Shown here one piece after another: positions 25,559 to 39,619 of a DNA stretch of 64,000 nt (positions are counted from its first letter, which is position 1; each line of letters begins with the position of its first letter). Source of the stretch: Balanoglossus misakiensis (Eukaryota > Animalia > Hemichordata); contig CM082597.2 of assembly GCA_040954595.2 (NCBI GenBank), positions 9,207,778-9,271,777 on the forward strand, read 5' to 3'. A program made the position numbers and the translations under genes. The notes under the pieces were generated by a model. The model worked only from the letters and a program-made list of their open reading frames with translations. It was not told where the DNA came from and searched no databases.

Positions 25559-26686
25559 TGTAGAGACTTTAAATCCTCGTGGTATTTAGTCACTGTTTGG
25601 CGCTATAGCCATTGCCACGATCAGAGCCGCATCCCTGTATTATTCACATATATCTCATTTTTGAACATTGGGCATCATGTGACGATGAGAAAGTAGTTCT
25701 ATGTTGTGTTTGACTGTGTATGTCTGTACGATGATTTGATGACGAATCACCATTACTTTTCTGTAGACTGAAGTATTTTCTGTAATTTGATGGTGTAGTT
25801 ACAAGCTCACATGATGTGCGCTATTATTTTTACAAATTCTAGCGAGCTTGTCATATATCACTACGCACTGTCAAGGGTCTATGGCGTGATGGCTGATAGT
25901 GAGTAGTTTTTGTAGAGTTTCGATCCGAAGTTCGAGAGAGTTTTTGTTGAGTCGATCTGGCGCAGATTTTGGCCAGAGTGTGCGGACCGAGTCGTGAATG
26001 TCCCTGGAGCGGTTCGACTATTCACCAGTTCCAGAGGACAAGAGCGAGATATGATATTTTGAGAACTTTCTATTTCGATTTTTGATATTGGAATTGATCG
26101 AGAACTTTCCAGTTGAACTAGCTAGGTGAGTTGTACGTGCTTTCCGATCTCGCTCGATGTGATCCGAACATTGCCCGAGCAGATTCCAGAACTTTTCCAG
26201 ATGGCTGCCGCTATTTCTGAGGGTTTCGCCGATTTGTTGCTGATGTCCCGAACTCGACGTTTCTGAGGGTTTCGCCGATTTGTTGCTGATTTTGCTGAAC
26301 TTGACTTTCGTGTATCGTGAGAAGAGTTTCGTCGATCGTCGTTGGATTGCAGAACTGTTGTCTACACAGTGAACAGTGCAGCTGAGTATACATTGACAGA
26401 GACAGTAGAGACATTGAACGCTTTATTTCGTAGATAGTGTGCATTTTTCTAGAGTTTCTTGTTGTGCTTTGAATGTGTTTCAGAGAGATATTATAGTGTT
26501 TTCTGAGAAAGAAATCAGTGTGTGGTGTGTCTGTTTCAATCCCCCTGTCTGTAAGAATGCTGATGCTGTATCTGTGTACCAATGACAGCAGCCAAACCTC
26601 AGACCGATGCTCAATTGAAAGAGAGAGAGATCTTTTGCTGTAACTCTGTACTTGTTAGACCATTGTCCGGCAAGAAACGAGTTACA
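25559..26686 (+). repeat. 3' LTR
   Basis: Preceded by PPT aggggagaa (25550-25558); ends gagttaca, followed by the CACA TSD. Confidence 0.97.
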
Positions 26687-28580
26687 CACAGAACATAAAA
26701 ATCATCCCCAGCAGGCCATTTCCCCTACTATGTTTTTCTCTATGCTCCCCACGCAGGGTCTAGTAATTTGGTTTATATTTTTGCAATTTTGCTATTTACA
26801 ATTTAAAGGACTCTAACCATGGCAATGCTTACCATGTGATCATGATCATGACATCTTACATTTAGAAGTCAATAACAACCTTATCTACTACTGACTGACT
26901 AAATTAATGGATTGAGCAGGAGTGTTGCTCAATATCAGTGACCTAAGTTGCCATGGCTGCAGTCCTTTGACAAGCTAATAGGAAATTAAGCAACATTTCA
27001 AAGATGGAGACCAAATGGCTAGACCCTGTGTGGAGCATAGCATAAAAAACACAGGAGTCTGGATTCTAGACAATGAACTTACAGGAAGGCAATTACAGTA
27101 CAGATTTCAATTTCCCTTCATTGTACATGTACCTGCTGCCCCACAACAGCAAATCTTTGAACAACCACTAAGGGTTTGTTCCCAGATTTTATTTAAATTT
27201 TCTCTCCAAGGTCATGGTGATATTTGTGGTGACCTTGATTCGCGCTGTGTGTATACATGGTGAACTTTCTGGCTGTTGACCCATGGTTGTGTGAAAAGAG
27301 AGGCTTTCCAAAATCCCAGCCATTGCAGAGAGAAGCAGAGGTAGGTTGCAATGAAACTTATGTTGTACATTTTCAACAAGGTACATTCTTTTTCATGTGA
27401 TTTTGTAAGTGTTACTGTTCGATTAGAATGCAATTCCCATAGAAAGAAGTTATAGCATCATAAAAGCTTATTGGAAGGTTGGAGGAAAAATTGCAGAAAC
27501 ACTTTTGAAGGATGTTTTATACCGAAATATGTTAATTTCAATCATGAAATCGAGCATTGTTTTTGCAAAATGGAGTCAAATAAGATTTTTGTAAGATCAG
27601 CAAAAGTGCTGTATAAAATAACAGCTGTGTACTGTATACGATCAGCATCCAGTATATCTGGGCTTTAAGAAAATAATACTTTTGGAGTTGAGGACTTTGA
27701 TAATTGACAGAAAACTACATTCCTTGAATGCACATTTTGTATGTGGCATGCTTAAGCAAAACACCCAAGGTGAATGCTGTCAAAGGCACAGTTTTCATAA
27801 AACTGCATGATGACATATCTTTAACCCTTTCACCCCTATACCCTCTTTTGAGGGTCCAGATTATCACAGAAAACAAGGGATTTGGACAAAACCATGGCGG
27901 TGAAAGGGTTTATCTGCAATAAATGGAAAGCTATTCAGTTCCTGAATGAAATATCCATGTTCTTCTTTTCTCGTTTGTAGGAGATTTCCACTCTCACTCC
28001 ACGGTGACGATCTCATGGATCTGGAAGTAACTTCTCTCGTGGCGGTTTGGCCCAGCAGTGCCAGAAACACCAGGTGCAGGAGCGGAAGAGAAATGTCTTT
28101 GACAGACACGACATGTTTAGTTGAAGAGTTGCACCCTTGTCGTCGATCTGCCATGCTCAGTTGAAGGGTTGTTCTTGTGTCTTTCAAAAGAGCAGTAAAA
28201 TGTCACTAGCCAAGGCAGCAAATTATGGCGGACAGTTTGCTTGGACTTTGATATTGTGTTACCTAGTACTGCTTGTTACTTCCACTGGAAATTTCCCACA
28301 ATTCAGTCTGATAGGGGTTTAGGTTAGGGATGGGGTTGTTATCTGACTTTTCTGAATTCCACTATGGAATTGTTGTAACATGAACATCATGCATTTCATG
28401 AAACCCGTCCTTTCAGACACCTCTGTAATCAGAACACATCTCAATTTAATAAGGACAGATATTTTCAGACAAAAGCTACAATTTGAATACCTTTGTATTA
28501 CCAACACAGATTTGTCTTGAAGGTGTCCTTAATAGACATGTGTCACTGTATGTTCAGGTTAGAAGCACCCAGTTATTTAA

Positions 28581-28855
28581 GCAAAAAAACACCCCCAGCC
28601 ACAAGATTTTGACCAGTTCATGACATTTACATGGAGTTGAACTGGTCAAAATCGAGTGGTATACCACGGCTGGGGGTGTTTTATTGCTATAATATTATGC
28701 CAGTATATTGAAACTTTGCATAAAACATTTTAAAAAGGCATTTTCTTTGACTATGATATATGACTGTGGTATAGGGCTAATATATCACGGTCACGTGTCG
28801 TGTCTCGACCAATCAAATAGCGTGATTTACACCATCAATATACTGGTATAATATA
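28581..28855. mobile_element. Hairpin-ended non-autonomous element (Crypton- or Helentron-like structure)
   Basis: Terminal stem aaaacacccccagcc...ttttgaccagttca / tgaactggtcaaaa...ggctgggggtgtttt, then subterminal inverted repeat tattatgccagtatatt matching aatatactggtataata at the far end. Confidence 0.6.
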
Positions 28856-29634
28856 ATAGCCAACATATCTGTGACCTACAAAAAGTGCATGCTAATTATC
28901 TTGTACTCACAGCCCCTCAGGGTAAAAAAATGTATGATCAGGCATAATATATACTTTATTTGAGCAGAATAGCCACATTGGTGTTCCAAATAGAAACTGC
29001 ATTGGGATAATTCTAGTTCTGTGATGCTGGTACCTCAGTGTACTATATGTTGAATCATTCCAAAATCTTCAACCATGAAAACTTAAACCAGATGCAGAAA
29101 TATATTGGGTTGTCATGTTTAGTGGAATGGGCACACATCAGTATATAATTTGTGTAGTTATGTTTTGTGTTGGTCAGTGTCCCTGTACTGGATTGACACA
29201 AGTCAAATTTGTGATGTCATAACTTGCATGTCAGGTGACAGTGTCTTCCCAGATCTAAATGCAAAACTGTCAGTGTTAAAAAACAAAAGGGTGTTGTCAT
29301 TTAGCGACAATCTTAGCAATGGCTCTTTTGGATTGGATATGGTTTAGAGGTCTGTTTGTTGGAAATGATTGATAATAAATTCATTGGAAGTAATAAATGT
29401 ACCTTCATAGACTAGAAGACCTAATCAGCACAAATATATCATGTATAATATTTTTTCATATTTAGTGTTGATATTGTATACTGTTACGTTTCTACTTCTA
29501 GAGTTAGTATTGGAGTATATAAATATTTTATCTTGTGAGAAGGGTTTATTTATTTCAGGAATTTCTGCCATATTACATGTTGTTTTGTAATGATATGTTT
29601 AAAAAATCAATAATATAGTAAAAGGAATACTGTG

Positions 29635-30057
29635 TTAACATGATGCATGTTTTTTTTTGTTAGCCCAAAGATGAAATTGTATCAGATACCAAAGCTGATA
29701 AATCTGTATCACTTTCCCTGACCTTTCAAGCACTGATTGCCTTGGAAACAAGTGAGGAACTTTGCTGTATTTTAACATGAACATTCGTTTTGCACTGTTG
29801 CCTGTATCCATTCTTAATGCACATCCATCATGCACTTTACATATTGATATTGATATTGAACTTGAGTTAGTGGATATCACAAGACAAAGTTATCTGCTAT
29901 TGAAACTCTGTCACTAGTTCTTTGTAGTCTCGATTGGTTGCCAGTGACACAGACTTGATTACAAAATTATGCAAAGCTTTCAACCATCTTGCCCCAGTCT
30001 GCATGCAGGATCTGATCAAGCTGTATTATCACAAGGGGCGCTCCCTGTATGCTTTTA

Positions 30058-30105
<48 letters not shown>

Positions 30106-30330
30106 ACGCGGTGTGTGTGTGTTGTTTTTGATTGGCATAATAAAATGTTAGGGTATATTCAAATGTTTGGTGTTATTGATTGGCATACTAAACATACAAA
30201 TATGGTCACGTTTGTTTGTTGACACGTTAGGGCATATCAGACGGTTAGGGTTAGTGTTGGGATATTATCGTGGAGCACACACACAATAAAAGCACAGTGG
30301 GAGCGACCCTGTGGTATTCTAAGCCTCTAA
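29635..30330. repeat. Inverted copy of 1745-2350, with (TG)n microsatellite at ~30061-30104
   Basis: Reverse-complement similarity; TG dinucleotide run. Confidence 0.8.
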
Positions 30331-32023
30331 GTAAAAAAAATCGCGTCAAGGACACGGCGGTCCCATTGAGGGATTACACAAGAAATAGTCTACGCCGGAG
30401 TACATGGCCATATACAGACAGACACACACACACACACACATAGAGAGAGATCAATGGGCAAACACTGACTGACCCATAAGCTGCCAATGGCATATGTACT
30501 GTACATACACTAAATAGAACAGCTGGCCTCTATAAAACTTAGCCAGTTATGTAATCATTCAGGAATTTGCTGTGTTTATATGAAACACAGGAGGGAGTTC
30601 CTGCCTAATTAAAACAACTCAATAAAGTAAATACACACCACTTTGCAAAGCAATCTGACCAGTAGTTCTTGAGTTACTGAGTTTTGACCAAATTCACATT
30701 TTCCAGCTAATTTGCATATTTTTGGCAATGACAACTTCATTTGAACAAACTCCCATCTACAGCCCAGCCTGCATCTGCACACCAAATATCGAGGTTATAC
30801 GCACAGCGGTTTTCACAGTTTGATGTGGACGGACATACAGACGTACATCCATCCATACATACATACAGACGCAACCGATCCCATAAGGTCCCATGATAAA
30901 AACCAATGGGACCTAAAAAATAGCTGAAAATTTCATAGAAATGATCTGAAGTGCGTTGAGAGTGCTGTAATATTAAACATTTACAGGTGAAAGCTTTACC
31001 ATAGAGATTTATGGATTTCACCCAATGCCTTGTCAATATTAGTCAAGCCAATGCACATAGCTTTTCGGATGGCAATTTTTAAGGGGAAGATTTTCAAACA
31101 TTTACACTTTTACTCAAGCACTATAATGCAGAAATCTCCTTGATTCTGGGATGGAATAAAAAAAGAATGCCGACACCACCCTGTATCTTGTTTCTGTGAC
31201 AAATGACATGGATATACAAAGGTTGCATCAAATGAAAGTCTTTTCAGTCTGTTGTGGAACCGTTTACCGCATATGCGTCATGATATGACCACTCCATGAT
31301 ATGACAGACTTAGCTTCAACGTGACGCCCTCAACGAACACAGAAGAAAATATTTTGTTGTTGTTTTTTGGCGTAAACGTGAACTGCAGTCACGATTGACA
31401 CCACTTCTGCATTTTAACCAGGGGAATATCATATTTCTGATGTTGTTTTTCCGATCCGCTTACAAGACGCTGAACGTTCAAATAGGTGAATGAATGCAGG
31501 TATCAGCTGTCTCGGGTGTTTGAAGTCATTTTTTTGCCAGAACTAAACGCTGATGGCGCATTCTACAACGAAAGACCATTTTCAGTGTCTCTGTGCTCAG
31601 CTGGCCGGGACGAGCCCGTTCGTACACTGTGTACATTATTTGTTAGGACGGGCCGGATATCTAATCGCTCGGGAGTCTCGGGTCGACGTGCTTTACCATA
31701 AAGGGTGGGGTGGGGCGGGGACAGGGGCTTACATACACAATCCGCTTATTTTCAAAATTGGCGGCGCTAAATTAAAATGTTATTCAAAAGGTCTGCATCT
31801 GGCCATACGTTTATTTACCAGTAAAGTAATAGAATAATTGGTTCGACTCCCATCTATCGATACAATATACTGTATCCGAATGCCATTTCCTTTAATACTT
31901 GACATGTTTGCAATGAAACCGATCCGACAAGAAAGACAAACTTTAAGCACGTTAAATGCTGCCTTAAAAACTGCCAACACGACGTCAGCTCCGGAGTTCG
32001 CCGAAGTTAATTTTAAGTATTTA

Positions 32024-32950
32024 GGGACCGTTCAGTTTTTACGGCTGGGGGGGGGGGGGGGGGGGGGGCTGGCAAGTTTGTGTCATCGGTTTTCAAAATC
32101 AGGCCGACCCCTCCCCCTTCACCCAGCACCAAAAAATGATGACCCCCCCCCTTTGACAGACCCAAAAATATGATGACCCCCCCCCCCACGCCGAAAACAT
32201 TCGCCGTCCTGTTCCTATGTACACTGTATACAATATAGGGAATGAGGCTCCTCACACCTCAATTATAAATGTCTTAAAGTAATTGAAGTATATAATAGTA
32301 TATCGTTGCCAAAAAGAAATCTATGAACAAAATAAAATGACAAGTCAATACAATAGTTGCTAGAATTGGTAAAACAAGAAAAGTGGCGGGGGTGGGCGTG
32401 GGAGGGGGTATGCCCCTCTTACATAAGAAAATTGTGTAAAATACGGTGCTCAAAGTTGCATTTTAATGAACTCAAAAGCAAATTAACTCAATGTTAGGAG
32501 GGAAAAATTTTAATTTTGCCACTACACTCAAAGTAAGCATCGGGGGTGGGGTAGGAAGAAGTCCGACCTGGTACAGTAGACAAACCAGCGAATAAATGAT
32601 ATGTTGCGAAGAATGGAGGGGGTCGGTGAGGGAGGGGGTGTCCCCCTCCCACATAAGAAAAGTTTGTAAAATATGTAGCTCAAAGTTGCATTTTTATGAA
32701 GTCAAAAGCAAATTATCTCAATGTTTGGGAGGACCAATTTTACTTTTTGCCACTCCACTCAAAGTTAGAAGATTTGGCGTCATCTCCGTCATGGCATCAT
32801 TTATAAAACTTCTAGTATAATGGAAGATGCAGCACGAAACTATCATTTATGCGAAATGGTTTAAACGATTATTCTCCCTTATGTATTTACTTTGTTAAAT
32901 ATTATCATCGGTGGGGTTGGGGTGGCAAGCACTCTGCCCTGGTACACTAG
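32024..32950 (+). mobile_element. Truncated second copy of the 5812-6977 MITE
   Basis: Starts TTA-GGGACCGTTCAGTTTTTACGGC and is colinear with 5812-6690; the right TIR is absent. Confidence 0.85.
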
Positions 32951-33739
32951 ATTTTTTGAGACAATGTTTTTCTGAAAGCCTATCATATACTGAGTAAAAT
33001 TCACTTTGTTTGCCATCTGGGCACCGGGGCGTTTTCGAGTTATTGGCTTCTAAATTATATTGGGTAACTATGCAGGAATCCCTAAAAGTGCATATAAATT
33101 GACGTAGGGGGGTAAATTAGTCTTGTAAAATACTGTCTCTCTGAACGTATACCTAGAACAACAGGGATGTATTTGGTATCAAAGAAAGCTTTATAAACAA
33201 GCTTTCCATTAATTTCAAAATAAGAGTGATATGACAAATCATGACATCAAAGTGACGTCATAAGTCAAAATACCCTTACGAAAATGGTGTTCTATTTCAT
33301 TTCTATTCTATTTCATAGTTTATTCGCTAATGTATGTTTAAAAAATAAAATACACCAGAAATCTCATTGGCTCGAACTCTAACAATATTAAGACATTTAC
33401 AATGTAAAAACAGGGTCAACAACACCGATAAAATACAAACACTCACTAAAAAAAGTTACGAGTATCTGGCTAAAGGGTCCATCTGTTCACCTATAAACGT
33501 GAGGTTTTGCAAAAACATGTCTCTGTGCAATTGTACTGATGAAAACTGTGATGTGTTTGGTATCAACAGAAAGCTGATTGAGTAAAGTATCTTATTATTG
33601 CAAAAAATGATACGATAATCAATTACGTCATCATTACGTCATACTTCCAAGTACCCTTACCAACTAGTGACTATGATGACAAGTTATTACCCTAGGAGAT
33701 AGGTGCCTTCGAACAAAATTGTTGGTAAGGAAGGTTTGT

Positions 33740-34200
33740 GAAGTCCATTCTATGTAAAAAATGGTGCTGATTCCAAAAAAGTCAGTCTTATTGACCCCAC
33801 CCAAAACAAAATTGCCATTTTGGCACGTTTTAACCCAAAAAAGATCATTTTTAGAAAACACTAAAAACACACAGTTTTCGTCACATTCGAAGATCTGATG
33901 ACATATGATATGCCTATTCTATGTAAAATTTGGTTGATATTACGAAAAAAGCAGTCTGACTGACCCCAAACGAGACAAAATTGCCTTTTTGACCATTGTT
34001 TGCCCAAAAACGTCATTTTTAGACAAAATTTAAAACACACTGTTCTCTTCATATTGATTGATCTGATGATATATGGAAAGTCAATTATATGTGTAAAATA
34101 GTGACTATAAAAACATAAAGCAGTCTTTTTGACCCCAATCAAAACAAAATTGCCATTTTTGCCACTTTTTGCCCCAAAAATGTCATTTTTAGAAAACACT
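33740..34200. repeat. Internally repetitive dispersed element (~180-bp units); inverted relative at ~57230-57550
   Basis: Recurrent ttgacccca...aaaattgccatttt...tcatttttag units; reverse-complement similarity to 57.2-57.5 kb. Confidence 0.6.
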
Positions 34201-34654
34201 CAAAACTCAAGCCACGAGCGGTTCTAAAATAAACTTCCATAACAACATGTACACTTGATGCGTTCCAGTCAAAGCAGACCTAAAATGTATCAATTTGTAA
34301 GCATTAAATTAACCCATTCAAAATATTCAAATTAGAAAAAGACGCATATGCATTCTTGGAGTCCCCAGAGACACACAAACGCAAGTGCGGCCCCGGACAC
34401 AAGATGAAAGAGATGATACGGGGGGGGGGGGGGGTCGGCAGCGGTCCACTTTGTGCAGTGAACTCACGTTGATCTTTGCAAAATAAATGACGTTATTTTC
34501 TTGTAAAATCCAACCCGTGCATTTGATCACTGGGCTACGTCCACGACGCGACGGCAAACAAATTGGGCGCCCACACTGTCAAAGTTTCAATGCAAAACTT
34601 TAAACTTCCGGGTCACCGCTATAAGACCCCCTAAGCCCACCCCAGTAGACCTGA

Positions 34655-34870
34655 ATACTCTCATCGAAAAGCTTGGTGCTCTGATCGAAAAGCGGGTGCT
34701 CTCATCGAAAAGTGGGATGGTAACTCTGATCAAAAAGCTAGGTGCTCTTATTGAAAAGCTGAGGTACTCTCATCGAAAAGAGGGTGCTCTGATCGAAAAG
34801 CTGAGGTACTCTCATCGAAAAGAGGGTGCTCTGATCGAAAAGTATATACTCTCATCGAAAATCTGGGTGC
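34655..34870. repeat. Minisatellite (20-22 bp units, tactctcatcgaaaag / tgctctgatcgaaaag)
   Basis: Direct tandem reiteration visible. Confidence 0.9.
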
Positions 34871-35010
34871 TAATTTTGGCATGGATTACACTTCATAGTT
34901 CTTCATTTGGGTGGTAAGAGTTGAGTTCTACAAGGGAGCTCCCGGACTTCAGTTCTGGACTGGAGGCTTGTCCTGTATGTTCACGGCTCTACACGTGTTC
35001 CCGCCTCTTC

Positions 35011-35064
<54 letters not shown>
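35011..35064. repeat. (TCA)n microsatellite
   Basis: Pure trinucleotide run. Confidence 0.97.
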
Positions 35065-35721
35065 ACCAACACTCCGACCAAACACACGATACCGCATTCC
35101 ACCCTTATTGGGAGACATGACAGTGGCGTGGCAGGTATCGGTGGCAATGCATTCATCAACGAATTGGTGGAACTGTTTTGAAAACGCGAAGTATTTTGCT
35201 TTCTGAAATTTTGTCATGCATGTAAAAGAAATTCGCACGCCGAAACATGAATTGCACCCCCATAAAAAAAGTTTGTCAGTACCAATAGAACGAGCGCCCC
35301 CATGTAAATTAAAATTTAACTCCACAAAATAAACATTTTCACCTGGGAAAAATAATTTGTTATTTTACAAAGTAAACCTTTTCATTAAAAATTAAAACAT
35401 TTATTTTTCAAAAAAAATCCACGTAGTATAAATAATTTTATCTGAAGTTGTTAATGTTTATTTTGGACAAAAAAAATCTTTATTAAAATATTATTCTTGG
35501 AAAAATAAAATTTGCTTTCGAAAAATAAATTTGGTTCTCTAAAATAAAATTTGTGATAAGTAAAATTAAAGTTTTACTGTCAAAATCAAAAGTTTTGTCG
35601 ATCAAAATTACAGTTGCCGCCACCAAAATTAAAGTTTGCTGTTGGAAAAAGATATTGTCTATAAAAATAAAAGTTTAACTTTCAAAATAATAAATTATCA
35701 TTGTCGTGTAGGGCAACGATA

Positions 35722-36112
35722 TAATTTATCTCTCCGATATCATCAAGGTTCTTAAATACGATTTTATACACGTTGCCGAGGTTCTTGACAAAAATCGAAG
35801 TTCTTACGTTTACAGCCCAAAAAGTCGAAAATAGTCGATGTTTTACCTTACAAAGTCATATTTTTAGTCGATGCAATGATAAATTCCCATTATTAATTAA
35901 CAATTATCGTAATTTATCTCGCCGATATCATCAAGGTTCTTAAATACGGATTTGTATACGTGGCCGGTACGTGGCCGAGGTTCTTAGCAAAAATCGAGGT
36001 TCTTACGTTTACAGCCTAAAAAGTCGAAAATAGTCGATGTTTTACCTTACAAAGTCATATTTTTAGTCGATGCAATGATAAATTCCCATTATTAATTAAT
36101 AATTATCGTAAT
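35722..36112 (+). repeat. ~190-bp tandem repeat (two units here; a third partial unit resumes at ~39655 after the LINE)
   Basis: aatttatctc.ccgatatcatcaaggttcttaaatacg at ~35723, ~35911 and ~39655. Confidence 0.88.
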
Positions 36113-39100
36113 CTTGTATGGTGGCGCTGTTGATCGGCAGCCTCTCTCTTTCACTCTCTCAGATTTTATCGATTTTACCGTTTTAACCTGTGTATTTCCC
36201 GTCGATTTTACACATCCTGCTTTTTAAACATTTGCTGCCTTGGATTCTTCACAAAATTTGGAACTTTACCATGTCTGGAAGCAGTATTTACTCAATTATC
36301 AATGCCTGGCAGTCCCTGGGTGTAAGTAGAAGTTCTTTCAATATGGCGACGACGTCCCTTCGTTCAACTATGAATACCAAGCTTTTTCGACCACGCGGGC
36401 GTAAAGCGGGTTTCAAGCATCCAAAGCCAAGGTATGGAATTCAGACGATCATAAGTAATCACCGTAGGCCTACTGGACATATTCGACATAATAATTCACG
36501 CACAAGAGTACTTCGTCTGATTCCGGTCTCTTCACAAGGTAATTTATTCAACGAACCGGCTGCCATTGAAACTGTAATCACCACTCGCTCTACACAGACA
36601 CCTGGACACAAGCGAACTTCTACACTTGTCAATATTCCAAGAATTTCTTCCTGCTTCAACAAACTCAATCTTAATGCTGCTCTGTGGAATGCCCGTTCCC
36701 TGAATGGTAAAATTGGTGCTATAGCATCTACTTTGCTCGAAGGGAAATTGGACATAATGATCATAACTGAGACCTGGCTGAAGAGTCAGTTTGATCCTGT
36801 CATTGCTGAACTCCATTCTACAATCAGTGGGTACAATTTTTACCATCAGTCCCGCTCTCAGCGACGAGGGGGAGGGGTAGCTGTTTTGGCTCGTTCTAAC
36901 CTAAGACTTGTGGAAAAAGGATCAACGCCGTTCCAGTCCTTCGAATCGTTACACGTAACATTTAAATCCTCAAGTCAGACTCTCCGCATAATCGCCGTCT
37001 ACCGTCCACCAAAATCGACAAAAAATAAGGCGACCACAAACGATTTCATCTCTGATTTTTCCACTCTTATGGAAACAGCCGTACCTTCCTCGGGCCATCT
37101 CTTAGTTGCTGGAGATTTTAATTTTCCAGTCGAGAACATGAGTTCTCCGGACACAAGTAAGTTGGTCGACCTTCTTCAATCCTTTGGCCTACAACAGCAC
37201 GTTAAGATACCAACACACAGCAAAGGCCACACATTGGATCTACTTATAACACGTTCATCAGAGCACCTGCTTCACTCAATCAGATCCGACGACTCGCTAA
37301 ACTCTGATCATAGTATTTTATATTTTGGACTTAATGTTCAGCGATCGCCCAACACCAAGGTAACAATTACACAACGTGACTTTCGTACAATGAACACTGA
37401 TAAGCTGGTCGATATACTCTCATCCGAAATGCCCAATCTTCCCAGCATTACCAACCCAGACGATTTGTACCATTATTTCCATGGAGTTGTTACCGACGCC
37501 CTTGATGAGGTCGCCCCCGTCAAAAGCAAATCAGTCCTAAATAAAGTGCGTGCACCATGGTTCTCTGAGGATTTACTAACTATGAGAAAAGAGTTACGTC
37601 GACTGGAAATAAATTGGCGTAAATCAAATTTGGAAATCGATCGCCAAATGTTCATTTTTAAGCGCATGGAATATTCACGCCGATGTGACGCATTAAAAAC
37701 AGACTATCACCGGATTAGAATTGAAGACGCAGATAACAAGAAATTGTTTGCGATTGTTGCAGAACTGTCCGATTCGAGAAAAGCATTATCCAACTCCATT
37801 CCGAACAACGTACCAACAAAAGAAATTCCATCAGCCTTCATGAATTATTTTGAAAACAAGGTGTCGCAACTCCGTGACAGGATTGGTCCACAACCGCACA
37901 GCTGTGAGGCTGACATAACACCGACTCATACTTTCGCGGAATTTGACCCAGTGTCACCTGGGGATATAATTGCGTTAGTGAAACAATCACCACCGAAATC
38001 TTGTGAACTCGACATTCTACCATATGGAGTGTTGAAGAATTGCGTACACATCTTAGCACCTTTCCTTGCTGATCTTTTCAACAATTCGCTCACAGCTGGC
38101 ATCGTGCCGAGTCATTTCAAGTCAGCGATAATTCGTCCATTGTTAAAGAAAGTTGATCTGGATCAGAACATTCTGAAGAACTACAGACCGGTTTCAAACC
38201 TTCCGTTCTTGTCAAAACTCCTCGAGCGTGTAGTCGTTCAGCAACTGAACAGTCACCTCACTAAATTTAGTCTTTTCACAAAGTTTCAAAGTGCTTACCG
38301 TGCTAATCATAGCACGGAAACTGCTCTCTTGCGTGTCCACAATGACATCATGCTTGCCTTGAATAACAAACAGGATGTAATTCTTATCATGTTAGATTTA
38401 TCAGCGGCGTTTGACACTATCGATCATGAAATAATGCTACAGAGACTACATCATCGTTTTGGAATAACTGGTAACACTTTATCGTGGTTTCGTTCGTACC
38501 TCGTTAATCGCCAACAGTGCGTCAAGGTTGGATCTGCATCATCCCCAAGTTCTCGCATGAAATATGGCGTTCCACAAGGATCTGTTCTAGGACCTCTCAT
38601 GTTTACACTCTACACTGCACCTCTGGAAGACATCTTCGGAAAACACGGGATTGATTGCATGATATACGCGGACGATACGCAAATTTATGCCATCTGCAAC
38701 AGCCCTAACGATGTTCGCAATAACATTGAGCTCTGCGTCGATGATATCCGCAGCTGGATGAAATCTAACATGCTTGTACTGAATGATGATAAAACTGAAG
38801 TTATTCACTTTTCATCACGTTTAAAATCTAATGTGACAACATTAGACTGTCTAAGAATCGGACAATGTGACATAATTCCTTCAGTTTCAGTTAAAAATCT
38901 CGGCGTTATTTTAAGTCAGGATGGTAGCATGTCTGATCATATTAGTAAGCTGTGCAAAAATGGTTTCTTCTCTTTGCATAGAATAGCTAAAATTCGTAAT
39001 CTTCTTGACAGATCTACAACTGAGAAACTAGTTCATGCATTTGTAACGTCTCATTTAGATTACTGTAATAGTCTTTTGTTTGGTATCCCGAAGGGACATC

Positions 39101-39619
39101 TAGCTCGACTTCAGTCTCTACAGAATGCTGCGGCGAGGCTAGTTACTCGTACGCGCAAGTCCGATCATATCACACCCATACTCAAAGATTTACACTGGCT
39201 ACCGGTAGAGGCCCGCATCAGTTTTAAAATTCTCTTGCTCACATTCAAATGTATCAGTGGTAAGGCACCCGCCTATTTGACTGATCTTTTACATTTATAT
39301 GTACCAGCTCGAGAACTGCGCTCTAGTGTTCAATTCTTTTTAACTCATCCTCATGGTAAATTTAACAAAACCTACGGACAGAGAGCTTTTTCAGTTTGTG
39401 CGCCCATTTTATGGAACAATTTACCCCTTGATATCAAAACCGCCAGAAGTGTCAATATTTTTAAGCGTAATTTGAAAACATACCTTTTTACTCGGTTTTA
39501 TGTGTAACGTGTTCGATTGTGTCCTTTTAACTATTTTTACCAGCCTTGTATTTTTTAATCTACTCTTTTAGCTATGTACAATGCGCTGAGACGTATGTGT
39601 AGCGCATTTTAAACAATTC

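Larger units (their letters stand above)
16641..26686 (+). mobile_element. Full-length Ty3/Gypsy LTR retrotransposon, inactivated
   Basis: TG...CA LTRs of 1128 bp each, CACA TSD (16637-16640, 26687-26690), PBS-like TGGCGCCCAA, PPT AGGGGAGAA, domain order gag-PR-RT-RH-IN. Confidence 0.97.

Noticed and set aside
27015-28507. Host exons in the CpG-poor region
   Set aside because: Short ORFs with no recognisable motifs or convincing in-phase splice pairs.
34911-35181. Poly-Ile and poly-Ser ORFs
   Set aside because: Translation of the (TCA)n microsatellite.
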